From Candidatus Fervidifonticultor secundus (lineage in GTDB: Bacteria > Sysuimicrobiota > Sysuimicrobiia > Sysuimicrobiales > Humicultoraceae), in NCBI GenBank assembly GCA_031459385.1, contig JAVKIP010000019.1, forward strand, positions 1-59,424: a DNA stretch of 59,424 bases, in the 5' to 3' direction. The position numbers and the translations under genes are program-made. The notes below the pieces were generated by a model. The model was not told the origin of the DNA. It was given only the letters and a program-made list of their open reading frames with translations, and did not search any database. Each line of letters opens with the position of its first letter. Position 1 is the first letter of the stretch. This document shows, piece by piece, positions 38,646 to 48,113 of the stretch.

Positions 38646-40739
38646 CTATGCCCGGTGGCTCTCGGCCTCTTCCTTCTGCCGTCGGGCGTCGGCCGCCACG
38701 CGCTCGGCGATGTGGGCCGGGACCGGCTCGTAGTGCGAGAACGTCGCCGTGAACGCGCCGCGGCCGCCCGTGATCGAGCGCAGGTCGGAGGCGTAGCGCA
38801 GCACCTCGGCCTGCGGCACCTGGGCCTTGACGATCGTGGTCCCGTCTCCCTGGGGCTCCATGCCCAGGATGCGCGCGCGCTTGGCGTTCAGGTCGCCGAT
38901 GACCTCGCCCATCAGGTCCTCGGGCACCCGCACCGCCAGGTCGAGAATGGGCTCAAGGAGGATCAGGCCTGCCTGCGTCGCGGCCTCCTTGACCGCCAGG
39001 GCCCCGGCCAGCTGGAAGGCGATGTCTGACGAGTCCACGTCGTGGTACTTCCCGTCGAACAGCGTCACGCGCACGTCCACGACCGGGTAGCCCGCCAGGA
39101 TCCCCTCGTCCAGCGCCTTGCGCACGCCCTTCTCGACGCTAGGGATGAACTGGTTGGGGATCGCGCCGCCGAAGATCTTGTCCACGAACTCGAAGCCGGC
39201 ACCCCGAGGCAGCGGCTCGATCTCGACGAAGCAGACGCCGTACTGCCCGCGTCCGCCCGTCTGCTTGACGTAGCGCCCCTGGGCCTGGGCCTTGCCGCGG
39301 ATCGTCTCCCGGTAGGGCACCCGGGGCAGCCGTAGCAGAACGTCCACGCCGAACTTCCGGCGCAGGCGCTCGGCCATGATCTCCAGGTGCGACTCGCCCA
39401 TGCCGGAGACGACGGTCTGCTTGAGCTCGGCGTCGCGGCGCACGTGGAAGGTCGGGTCTTCTTCCGCCAGCCGGTGCAGCGCGGCGCCCATCTTGTCTTC
39501 ATCGGCTTTGCTCTTGGGCTCGATGGCCATGGAGATCGCGGGCGGGGGGAAGTCGATAGGCGCCAGGCGGACCGGGTGGTCGCGCGCGCACAGCGTGTCG
39601 CCGGTCATGGTCTCGGCCAGCTTGGCCACGGCACCGATGTCCCCGGCGGGCACCTGCGGGGTCGCCTCCTGGTGCTTGCCCCGCAGCACGTACAGTTGCC
39701 CCACGCGCTCCACCTTGTCGCGCGTGGCGTTGAGCACCTGGGAGTCGGACGCCAGCACCCCGCTGTACACCCGGAAATACGAGAGCCGCCCCACGTACGG
39801 ATCGGCCATGGTCTTGAAGACCAGCGCCGCCAGCGGCGCCTGCTCGTCGGCCTTGAGTACGACCTCGTCGCCGCTGCGGGGGTGCTGGCCCGACACGCGG
39901 GCCTCGGCCGCCGCCGGCAGCAGGCGCACCATGGCCGAGAGGAGCTGCGCGACCCCCAGCCGCCGGGCGCCAGACGCGGCCAGCACCGGCACGATCCTGC
40001 CGGCCTTCACACCCGCCAGCAGCCCCCGCGCCAGTTCCTCATCGGTCAGGGTGCCAGCCTCGAGGTACCGCTCCACCAGCGCGTCCTCGCTCTCGGCGGC
40101 GGCCTCGATCAGCGTCTCGCGGGCGCCCGCGGCCGCCTCGCGCAGCTCCGCCGGCACCTCGTCGACCTGCTCCTGCCCGTCGGCGACCATGTGGGCCTTC
40201 ATCGTGACCAGGTCGACCACGCCGCGCAGGGCGGCCTCCGCCCCCACCGGCAGCTGCACCGGCACGATGCGTGGCCCGAAGCGGGCCCGCAACCCCTCCA
40301 GGGTCCGCTCGAAGCTGGCGTTCTCGCGGTCCAGGCGGTTCACCACCACCAGCCGGGGCAGGCCCCGGCGCTCGGCCAGCGCCCAGCCCACCTCGGTCTG
40401 CACCTGCACCCCGGCCGAGGCGTCAACGACGACCAGCGCGGCGTCCGCGACGCGCAGGACGCCCACGACCTCGCCCATGAAGTCCGGATAGCCCGGGGCG
40501 TCCAGCAGGTTGAGCTTGCTCTCCGCCCACTCCAGGGGCGCGATGGCGGCGAAGATGGTGTGCTTACGCCGGATCTCCTCCGGATCGAAGTCCGTCGTGG
40601 TCGTGCCGTCGTCCACCCGGCCCATGCGGTCGATGGCCCTGGCCTGGTAGAGCATCGCCTCCACCAGGGTCGTTTTCCCCGTCCCGCCATGGCCGATGAC
40701 GGCCACCGTCCGAATGCGGTCAGCACTGTAGCGCCTCAA
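38646..40739 (-). CDS. fusA: Elongation factor G paralog (EF-G2/FusA2-like)
   Basis: GHGGTGKTT, DAPGYPDF, GMGESHL, KQTGGRGQYG, DGKYHDVDSS; GTPase motifs diverge from canonical EF-G. Confidence 0.9.
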   Translation of the reverse strand: MRRYSADRIRTVAVIGHGGTGKTTLVEAMLYQARAIDRMGRVDDGTTTTDFDPEEIRRKHTIFAAIAPLEWAESKLNLLDAPGYPDFMGEVVGVLRVADAALVVVDASAGVQVQTEVGWALAERRGLPRLVVVNRLDRENASFERTLEGLRARFGPRIVPVQLPVGAEAALRGVVDLVTMKAHMVADGQEQVDEVPAELREAAAGARETLIEAAAESEDALVERYLEAGTLTDEELARGLLAGVKAGRIVPVLAASGARRLGVAQLLSAMVRLLPAAAEARVSGQHPRSGDEVVLKADEQAPLAALVFKTMADPYVGRLSYFRVYSGVLASDSQVLNATRDKVERVGQLYVLRGKHQEATPQVPAGDIGAVAKLAETMTGDTLCARDHPVRLAPIDFPPPAISMAIEPKSKADEDKMGAALHRLAEEDPTFHVRRDAELKQTVVSGMGESHLEIMAERLRRKFGVDVLLRLPRVPYRETIRGKAQAQGRYVKQTGGRGQYGVCFVEIEPLPRGAGFEFVDKIFGGAIPNQFIPSVEKGVRKALDEGILAGYPVVDVRVTLFDGKYHDVDSSDIAFQLAGALAVKEAATQAGLILLEPILDLAVRVPEDLMGEVIGDLNAKRARILGMEPQGDGTTIVKAQVPQAEVLRYASDLRSITGGRGAFTATFSHYEPVPAHIAERVAADARRQKEEAESHRA

Positions 40740-40752
40740 CGATCGGCCCTCC

Positions 40753-41733
40753 TCAATATCCTCGCGCCGGATCCACCCGATTAACCAGCGGCGCGCCGGC
40801 CAGGTAGCGCCGCAGGTTGTCGCAGAACAAGGGGATCACGCGGTCGAAGTAGCCCGGCGAGGCGCCCGACACGTGGGGCGTGATCACCACGTTCTCCATG
40901 GTCCACAGCGGGCTGTCGGCCGGCAGCGGCTCGCGCTCGAAGACGTCCAGCGCCGCCCCCGCGATCCAGCCCTTGCGCAGCGCCTCGATCAACGCGGTCT
41001 CCTGCACGATCGGCCCGCGGCCTACGTTGACCAGCACCGCCGTGGGCTTCATTAGGCGCAGGCGCCGGGCGTCCATGAGCCCGCGCGTCTGCGGCGTCAG
41101 CGGCAGCAGGATCACCACGTAGTCGGCCGCCCGCAGGACCTCGTCGGTCGCCTCGGGACCGTAGACGCGCTCGACATCGGGCACCGGTATCGGTACCCGC
41201 TTCGTTCCGATAATGCGCATGCCGAACGCCGCCGCGCGGGCCGCCAGGGCCGACCCGATGGCACCCAGCCCCAGGATCCCTAGCACCCTGCCCGCCAGTT
41301 CCTCACCCAGCACCGCCTGGCGATCCCAGCGGCGCGCCTGCTGGTTGCGCAGGGCGACGTGCAGCCGCCGCGAGAACAGCAGGATCACGGCCATGACATG
41401 CTCCGGCAGCGCCACCGTGTGGGCGCCGACACTGCTGGTGAGCGCCACCTGTCCTGCCAGCACCTCGGGGAACAGGAGCGCGTCGACCCCGGCCGCCGCG
41501 GCGTGCACCCACCGCAATCGCCTGGCCTCGGCGCGCACCGGCTCGGGGATCTGCCAGCCCACGATGACCTCCGCCTGGGGCGCCAGCTGCCGCGCGCGCT
41601 CGCGGTCGGTGGTGCAGAGCACGCGCACACGCGGGTCCACCGCCTGGATCAGCCGCACGTGGCGCTCGGCGATGGGCACCAGCACCAGCACCACGACCTC
41701 ATCGCGCGGCCCGGCCGCGTGCGGGTCACCCAT
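40753..41733 (-). CDS. D-2-hydroxyacid dehydrogenase family protein
   Basis: GLGAIG, LPLTPQT, NVGRG, LDVFEREPL, TPHVSG. Confidence 0.92.
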   Translation of the reverse strand: MGDPHAAGPRDEVVVLVLVPIAERHVRLIQAVDPRVRVLCTTDRERARQLAPQAEVIVGWQIPEPVRAEARRLRWVHAAAAGVDALLFPEVLAGQVALTSSVGAHTVALPEHVMAVILLFSRRLHVALRNQQARRWDRQAVLGEELAGRVLGILGLGAIGSALAARAAAFGMRIIGTKRVPIPVPDVERVYGPEATDEVLRAADYVVILLPLTPQTRGLMDARRLRLMKPTAVLVNVGRGPIVQETALIEALRKGWIAGAALDVFEREPLPADSPLWTMENVVITPHVSGASPGYFDRVIPLFCDNLRRYLAGAPLVNRVDPARGY

Positions 41734-43306
41734 GCCGGTTCTCCACCTCGACGGCGCCGGCGGCCTCGCGCAGCCGCTGGACCACGAACGCCCGGTCCAG
41801 GGCCGCCAGGAACCACCCGGCCTGCGGCCCGGAATCCTTGCCCAGGAACGCCCGGTAGATGGCGCCGAACGCGGCCGTCGGCGCGAGCCCCATCGCCGCC
41901 TTCAGGGCGTGGATGGCCGCGTGCAGGGTCTCCCCGTCCTCCGCCTGCTCCACCTCCCGGACCAGCGCCGCCAGGAACCGGCGCTGCTCTTGGGACAGCT
42001 CGCGCGCCGCCGCAGGCAGCGTCGGCTGCACCTCGAACCGCTGGCTCTCCGGCGCGTACGTGCGCAGCCAGCGCCGGGCGTCAGCCAGGCGGAGGTCCAG
42101 TTCCCGGCGGTCGGCCTCCGAAAGGTCGCCGCCCTTTTCCCGCGCGATCTCCCCGACGATGTCGACTGCGGGCATCTGGCACAGGTGCACCACGCGCACG
42201 AACCGCGGCCGGTACGCGTCGGCCGGGGCGCCGCCTCCCACCTGCGCGTAATGGAACGACCGCGCCAGGTCCGGGTCGTCCAGCCGCCCGAAGTATGCCG
42301 CCGCCGCGCGGTCGAACTCGTCGTACAGGGCCGGGATCGTGTCGCCCCCAGGGTCGAAGTCTACGTGCTGCCGGTAGTGGGGACGCACGATAGCAAAGCG
42401 CGCCAGGTCCGGGCGCAGCAGGGTGGCGAACTCGGCCGCCGGCATCCCCACCCCCGCGCTCGACCGCATCTTCCTGCCGCCGACCAGGAAGAACTCGTAC
42501 CCGAACGCAAACGGTGGCCGGCCGCCATAGACCGCCTGCACGATGGCCGCGGCGCGGTCGTAACTTCCGCCGCGCGTCATGTGATCCTTGCCCGCGGCCT
42601 CCACGGTGACCCCCAGGACGACCCACTTGGCCGCCCATTCGGTGATGTACTGCAACTTGCTGCCTCCACCGAAGGGCGAGCGACGGCCCCGGTGCCCGCA
42701 GCCGGTGGCCCACGTGACCTTGTCCGACCGGCACTCGTAGGCGACTTCGCGGCCGTCCCACGCCACGACCACCGTGGTGCCGATGCGCCCGCAGGCCTGG
42801 CACACCACCTGGACCGGATGCCGTTCCGCCTTGCGGCTGCTGCTGATAGCCCGGTCGAGCTCGATGATCTCCTGGGCGCGGTCCAGTGCGGTGCGGATCG
42901 CCTGATCGAACGTCCCGGCGCGGTACATCTCGCTGGTCCAGTAGACGCGGGGCGTGGCGCCGAGCCGCGTGAAGGCCGCGGTGAACTCATCGGCGTAGTA
43001 GCGCGCGAAGTTCGGCGCCGCTGCCGGGTCGGGTGCCGGCACGTCGCACAGCGGCCGACCCAGGTAGGGGGCCAGCGCCTCCTGGCCCGCCGGCACGCCG
43101 TCCAGGGGGTCGTAGTCGTCGTAGCCGTAGAGGAACGTCACGTCCCGGCCGCGCTCGCGCAGCGCGCGGGCCAGGCAGTCGTGCAGGATCACACCGCGCA
43201 GCGACCCGACGTGGACGCGCCCCGACGGGCTCTTGGCGTCGTTCACGACATGCCGCGCCTCGGGCCGCGCCTTCAGGATCTCGTCGGCCAGCAGGTCAAC
43301 CCACAC
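41726..43306 (-). CDS. lysS: Class I lysyl-tRNA synthetase
   Basis: SPSGRVHVGSLRG (HIGH-like), DDYDPLD, AGKDH, KMRSSAG (KMSKS-like), GKDSGPQAG. Confidence 0.93.
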   Translation of the reverse strand: MWVDLLADEILKARPEARHVVNDAKSPSGRVHVGSLRGVILHDCLARALRERGRDVTFLYGYDDYDPLDGVPAGQEALAPYLGRPLCDVPAPDPAAAPNFARYYADEFTAAFTRLGATPRVYWTSEMYRAGTFDQAIRTALDRAQEIIELDRAISSSRKAERHPVQVVCQACGRIGTTVVVAWDGREVAYECRSDKVTWATGCGHRGRRSPFGGGSKLQYITEWAAKWVVLGVTVEAAGKDHMTRGGSYDRAAAIVQAVYGGRPPFAFGYEFFLVGGRKMRSSAGVGMPAAEFATLLRPDLARFAIVRPHYRQHVDFDPGGDTIPALYDEFDRAAAAYFGRLDDPDLARSFHYAQVGGGAPADAYRPRFVRVVHLCQMPAVDIVGEIAREKGGDLSEADRRELDLRLADARRWLRTYAPESQRFEVQPTLPAAARELSQEQRRFLAALVREVEQAEDGETLHAAIHALKAAMGLAPTAAFGAIYRAFLGKDSGPQAGWFLAALDRAFVVQRLREAAGAVEVENRHG

Positions 43307-43493
43307 CGCGCGCCTCTTCCTTCCCGGCGGCCAGCCGGGCCCGGTCGCACCCCATACCTGCGCAGGGGATGATGACGCTGGAGAAACGCCGGACGCCGGG
43401 ATACGGTGTTCGCGCCGCGCGCAGGCTCTTCCTCCACACGCGCGCCGCGGGCTCCGGCGGCCTGCCGCAGGGGAACCGTCCGGCGCGTGCCGG

Positions 43494-43769
43494 CTACCGG
43501 TTCACCGTGGCCTTCAGTTCCTTGCCCGGCGTGAACGCCGGCACTTTCCTGGCAGGGATCTTGATACGAGCGCCGGTCTGCGGGTTGCGGCCCTCGCGCG
43601 CCTTGCGCTTGCGCACCACGAACGTGCCGAAGCCGACCAGCGTGACCTTCTCCCCGCGTTTCAGCGCGGACGTCACGAAGTCGAACGCAGCATTGAGGAC
43701 AGCGGCGACGTCCTTCTTGGTGGCGCCGGTCTTCTCGGCCACGCGCTCGACCAGTTCCTCCTTGTTCAT
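43494..43769 (-). CDS. hup: DNA-binding protein HU
   Basis: MNKEELV, GFGTF, REGRNPQTG, PAFTPGKELK. Confidence 0.97.
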   Translation of the reverse strand: MNKEELVERVAEKTGATKKDVAAVLNAAFDFVTSALKRGEKVTLVGFGTFVVRKRKAREGRNPQTGARIKIPARKVPAFTPGKELKATVNR

Positions 43770-43979
43770 GCTGTCACCCCCGCACTGCGCCCCCGGACGA
43801 CGGCCCAACGGGCGCTTGGCTTCTCCGCGCTGCTGCCGACTCCTGCAGGCGCCCGCAGACCCGGCGGCGAAGAGAGCGTGTCACGCCCCGGGCGTAGACG
43901 CCGGATCGGGTGGGCATATTCACGAATGTGAGGACCGGTGAGGTCCTCGAGTCCGGTTCACGAGAAAGGGGGAGTGCCC

Positions 43980-44531
43980 ATGCGTCGTGCTCGTCTCGCG
44001 CTTCCGGTTCTGCTCCTGGCATTCCTCCTCGCGCCTGCGGTTGCGCAGCCGGTCAGCATCGTCCCGGGCAAGGCCATCGGCCCCATCGAGCTGGGGATGC
44101 CGCTGGAGCGCGCCCGCGAAATCATGGCCGGCTTCGGCATCGTCGAGGCCTACGAGGGCACCCTCGGCCGCGGGTTCTGCAATCCCGAGCGCGGGGTGGG
44201 AGTGTGCGTCTTCGACCGGTGGACCCGGCTGAACCTGAACTCCCCGGGCGTCGTGGTCTTCGCGCTCACCGACGACGCCCGCTTTACCACCGAGCCCGGC
44301 GGGCACAAGGTCGGCGGCGCGCTGCTCGGTATCCTCCGGACGTTTGGCCTCTACACAACGGGGATGCAGACCGAGCTGCTGTGGGATCCTCACGGCCTCT
44401 CGGTGGACATCCAGCCCACGGCCTCCGGGCTGGTGGCCGCGACGATCGGCATCTACGTGCCCCGCGCCTCGGCGCGTCCCGCGGCCCCCGCGCCGGCGGG
44501 TCCCCTGGCGCTCGGGCGCCCGGTGCCCTAG
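43980..44531 (+). CDS. Hypothetical exported protein
   Basis: Signal peptide (AVA-Q), IVPGKAIGPIELGM. Confidence 0.65.
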   Translation: MRRARLALPVLLLAFLLAPAVAQPVSIVPGKAIGPIELGMPLERAREIMAGFGIVEAYEGTLGRGFCNPERGVGVCVFDRWTRLNLNSPGVVVFALTDDARFTTEPGGHKVGGALLGILRTFGLYTTGMQTELLWDPHGLSVDIQPTASGLVAATIGIYVPRASARPAAPAPAGPLALGRPVP

Positions 44532-45753
44532 CGCGCCCCCGGTGCCCTCGCGGCAACTGCCACCGCCGCGCTGTCCTGGGGCACGGGGTTGCGAATCCCC
44601 ACGGCGCTGATCACGGCTCCGGCAGCCAGGAGGACCGCGCTGAACGCCATGGCCCGGCGGAACGCGGAGGCCGAGGCCTCCCGGGCGGCGGTCTGCACGA
44701 CGCCAAGCACGGCCGCGGCCGGGCGGTTGAGGGGCGCGAGGCTCGCGCGCACCCTGAGTGCGTGCACGTCAACCGCGGGCACCCGCCGGGCCACCCCGTC
44801 GTAGAACGCGGCGGTCACCAGCACGAAGACCATGGCGCCGGCGAACTGCGGTCCCACCCGGGAGATCGCGTTGTTCACCGCCGAGCCCACGCCGGCATGG
44901 CGGGCCGGCACGGCCTGCATGAGGCAGGTGGTCAGCGGCGCCACCATCAGCACGAGCCCGACCCCGAAGACGACGAGACCGGGGAGGAAGTCGACCAGGT
45001 AGCCGACCGACGGCACGAGGGTCTCCACCTGACCGGGGTCGAGCACCCAGGCAGCGCTGCCGGCACCCACGCGCGCGAACCACAGCGTGGCCAGGGCCAT
45101 GAGCGCGGGGCCGGCGGCCATGAACCCGCGCGGGCCACGCCGGGCAGCCGCCGCGCCTACCCTCGAGGAGAAGAGGACCAAAAACGCCGTGGCCGGCACG
45201 ATGGCGACGCCGGCCCCGGCGGCCGAGTACCCCAGCGTCCCCTGCATGAAGAGCGGCACGTAGTACAGGATGACGTAAGCGCCCCGTAGATGAGAAACGT
45301 GGCCAGGTTCACTATCGTGAAGGCGCGTGAGCGAAACAGCGCCGACGGCACCAGCGCGTGGGGCGTGCGGAGCATGGTGGCCCGGATGAGCGACAGCGAT
45401 CCCGGCACGAGGAGGGCCCCGGCGCCGCCCTGGAGGACGCGGAAGGCCACGAGCCACTCCATCGTCGGCGCCAGCCCGCACAGCACCGAGGTGAACCCAA
45501 ACCCGACCAGGCCCAGCGCAAAGGTCCGCCGGCGGCCGTAGGAGTCGGTCATGGCGCCGGCGGGGATCAGCAAGGCGCTCAGGGCGAGCAGGTACCCGGT
45601 GTAGATGTAGGACTGGCCCTCGAGCACCCCCAGGAGGTGCACCGGCAACGTCTCGCCGATGCGCGGCAGCGCCACCGCCACGACGCTGCTGTCGAGGAAG
45701 ACGATGCCCGAGCCCAGCACCGCCGCGGCGACAACCCACGCCCTGACGCCCAT
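44528..45753 (-). pseudogene. DHA2-type MFS transporter pseudogene (internal deletion + frameshift)
   Basis: N-part in one frame (FLDSSVVAVALP, DSYGRRR, RVLQGGAGA) and C-part in another (YVPLFMQGTLGYS, GSAVNNAISRVG); frame switch near 45277; SLSLIRAT joins directly to MLRTPHALVP, lacking the central TMs. Confidence 0.8.
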
Positions 45754-45933
45754 GTCGCTCTCTCAGGTTCGGCGCGGGGGGTCGGACGCCTGCGCGCGCT
45801 GCCAGGGCTTCCAGGTCGCCAGCGTCAACCGAACGAGGGCGTCGCAGGCCCACTCCAGCGCCGGCCGGGATTCAGCCGGCGTGCCGGACCGGTCCGCGAG
45901 GCCTTCTGGTGCCGGGTGTTCTCACGAGCGACG

Positions 45934-46007
<74 letters not shown>

Positions 46008-46021
46008 ACGGTAGGCAAGGC

Positions 46022-46108
46022 TGGTGGGCGGGGAAGGATTCGAACCTCCGAAGCGCGTCGCGCAGCTGATCTACAGTCAGCCCCCTTTGTCCACTTGGGT
46101 ACCCGCCC
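46022..46108 (-). tRNA. tRNA-Tyr(GTA)
   Basis: GGGCGGG acceptor, GCTGA-CT-GTA-GA-TCAGC, long variable arm, GGTTCGAATCC, CCA. Confidence 0.95.
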
Positions 46109-46120
46109 GCCTAATGTTTC

Positions 46121-46150
46121 ATTATAGAAACGGCGCACTTCGGGCGTCAA
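46121..46150 (-). promoter_or_regulatory. Sigma70 promoter of tRNA-Tyr-Gly
   Basis: TTGACG, 18 bp, TATAAT. Confidence 0.8.
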
Positions 46151-46207
46151 CGACCAGGCCGACCGCCTCCCTGAGCCGCAGGGGCTGGCCATGCGCGCGC
46201 CGAACAT

Positions 46208-46648
46208 GTGAACAATGTGGCGCGCAAGCGCCAGTCGTCTGGACGAGGTGTGGGTGTGACGCCTGCAACGACGTTGCTCGTGACCATCATCGCGGTGGCG
46301 GTCGGGCTGGCCGCCGTCCGGCGCTTCGCGCGGCCGACCTGGAACCGGGTCATGACCGTGGTGAACCGCATCCTCGATATCGAGATCGGCATCGCGCTGC
46401 CCCGCAGCATCCCGCCCGCGGAGCTCTACTACCAGCACTACCCCAGGCGGCTGCAGCTCAACATTCCGGCCCTGATCCTGGGGCCGATCTGGTACCTGCT
46501 GGCCGGTCTGTGGGTCCACGCGACCATCCTGCTGACCATCGCCTTCCTGAGCGGCGGCCTGCTGGCGCCCCTGGTGTGGCTCTACTGCGGGCTGAAGGCC
46601 AGTGAGGATCTCCTGGAGTTCCGCGTCGCACGGCACAACGTCTACTGA
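46208..46648 (+). CDS. Small hypothetical membrane protein (DUF2628-like)
   Basis: LNIPALILGPIWYLLAGLW motif, TM segments. Confidence 0.6.
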   Translation: MNNVARKRQSSGRGVGVTPATTLLVTIIAVAVGLAAVRRFARPTWNRVMTVVNRILDIEIGIALPRSIPPAELYYQHYPRRLQLNIPALILGPIWYLLAGLWVHATILLTIAFLSGGLLAPLVWLYCGLKASEDLLEFRVARHNVY

Positions 46649-46682
46649 CGCGCGTACCGTACGACGGCCCGTGCGCTCGCCG

Positions 46683-46691
46683 TGCTATAAT
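46683..46691 (+). promoter_or_regulatory. Extended -10 promoter of tRNA-Thr
   Basis: TGcTATAAT about 15 nt upstream of the tRNA. Confidence 0.7.
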
Positions 46692-46705
46692 CGACTCGTC
46701 ATCGG

Positions 46706-46782
46706 GCCGCCGTAGCTCAACCTGGCAGAGCACCGCACTTGTAATGCGGGGGTTGGGGGTTCGACTCCCCCCGGCGGCTCCA
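46706..46782 (+). tRNA. tRNA-Thr(TGT)
   Basis: GCCGCCG acceptor, CCGCA-CT-TGT-AA-TGCGG, GGTTCGACT, CCA. Confidence 0.96.
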
Positions 46783-46817
46783 GAACTGTCCTTCAGACAC
46801 GTTCCTCTGTGCCCATC

Positions 46818-48113
46818 CTACCGCGTTCTTTCGCTCCTCGGATGCCGGTAGCGGAACCGGTCCATCCTGATCAGGCGGTGATAGGAGCCAAACCGCTCCT
46901 CCGCGTCCGCGCCCACCAAGTCCAGCGGGTCTACAGGCTCATCGCGGCCGTCGAACAGCCGCCGGATCCCGTAGGTGGTGGTGCGCTCGGCCGGGATGCG
47001 GCCGGCGTCCCGGATCAGACGGCGGAACTCAGCGGGCCGGACCATCTGGCCGTAGCCGGCGCCGGCTGCCGTGGAGATGCTCTCGTTGATGAGCGTTCCG
47101 CCCATGTCGTTGACGCCGGCACCCAGCAGTGTTTGCGCTGCTCGCGGCCCCTCCTTCACCCAGGAGACCTGCAGATTGGGAATGGTGTTGTTCAGCATGA
47201 TGCGGGAGATGGCGTGGACCTTGAGCACCTCCACCCCCGTGGGGCCGGGCCGCACGCCGTCCACGACCCCGTGCCAAAACATCGGCGCCTCCGTGTGCAC
47301 AAAGCTGAGCGGCACGAACTCCGTGAACCCTCCCGTGGCCCGCTGCAGGTCCCGCAGAAGCGCCACATGGCGCACCTTGTCCGCATCCGTCTCCACGTGT
47401 CCGTACATCATCGTTGCGGTTGTGGGAATGCCCAGGTCGTGCGCGGTGGTGATCACCTCAATCCATTGCGCCGCCGTAATACGGCCGGGCGAGATGCGGT
47501 CCCGAAGGTCCTGGTCCAGGATCTCCGCCGCCGTGCCGGGCAGGCTGCCCACGCCTGCGGCCCTGAGTTCCTGCAGGTACTCCCGGATGGTGCAGCGCGA
47601 ACGGACGGCGCCGTATAGCACCTCCTCCGGGGAGAACCCGTGGATGTGCATCTCCGGGAGCAGTTCTTTGATCGCGCGTGTGAGCTTAATGTAGAACTCT
47701 CCCTCCATCTGCGGCGGCAGGCCTGCCTGGATACACACCTCCGTGGCGCCCAGAGCCCAGGCTTCCTTTGCCCGCCGCAGGATCTCTTCCAGGGGCAGGA
47801 AATAACCCTCTTCCTCTCGGTAGTCCCGACTGAAGGCACAGAAGCCACACCGCTTGATGCAGACATTCGTGAAGTTGATGTTGCGGTTCACCACGTAGGT
47901 GACCACATCACCCACCGCACGCCGGCGCAGTTCATCGGCCACCATGACCACGGCGTGCAGATCCAGACCGGTGGTCCCGTAAAGGACCAGAGCCTCGTCC
48001 ACGCTGATATCTCTACCGCACAGCGCCCGGTCCAGGATGGCGGCCACGTCGGGCGCGATGGCGCGGAGCACCTGTTCCAGGGAGGACGGTTCCATCTCGA
48101 CTTCAGGCTGCAT
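46818..48113 (-). CDS. cofH: FO synthase subunit CofH (radical SAM)
   Basis: VTYVVNRNINFTNVCIKRCGFCAF, GATEVCIQAG, PGTAAEIL, TMMYGHVE, EFVPLSF, QVSWVK, DMGGTLINESIS. Confidence 0.93.
   Translation of the reverse strand: MQPEVEMEPSSLEQVLRAIAPDVAAILDRALCGRDISVDEALVLYGTTGLDLHAVVMVADELRRRAVGDVVTYVVNRNINFTNVCIKRCGFCAFSRDYREEEGYFLPLEEILRRAKEAWALGATEVCIQAGLPPQMEGEFYIKLTRAIKELLPEMHIHGFSPEEVLYGAVRSRCTIREYLQELRAAGVGSLPGTAAEILDQDLRDRISPGRITAAQWIEVITTAHDLGIPTTATMMYGHVETDADKVRHVALLRDLQRATGGFTEFVPLSFVHTEAPMFWHGVVDGVRPGPTGVEVLKVHAISRIMLNNTIPNLQVSWVKEGPRAAQTLLGAGVNDMGGTLINESISTAAGAGYGQMVRPAEFRRLIRDAGRIPAERTTTYGIRRLFDGRDEPVDPLDLVGADAEERFGSYHRLIRMDRFRYRHPRSERTR

Noticed and set aside
43307..43493. T-box or lysine riboswitch before lysS
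   Set aside because: No T-box (GGTGGNACCGCG) or L-box motifs and no terminator seen.
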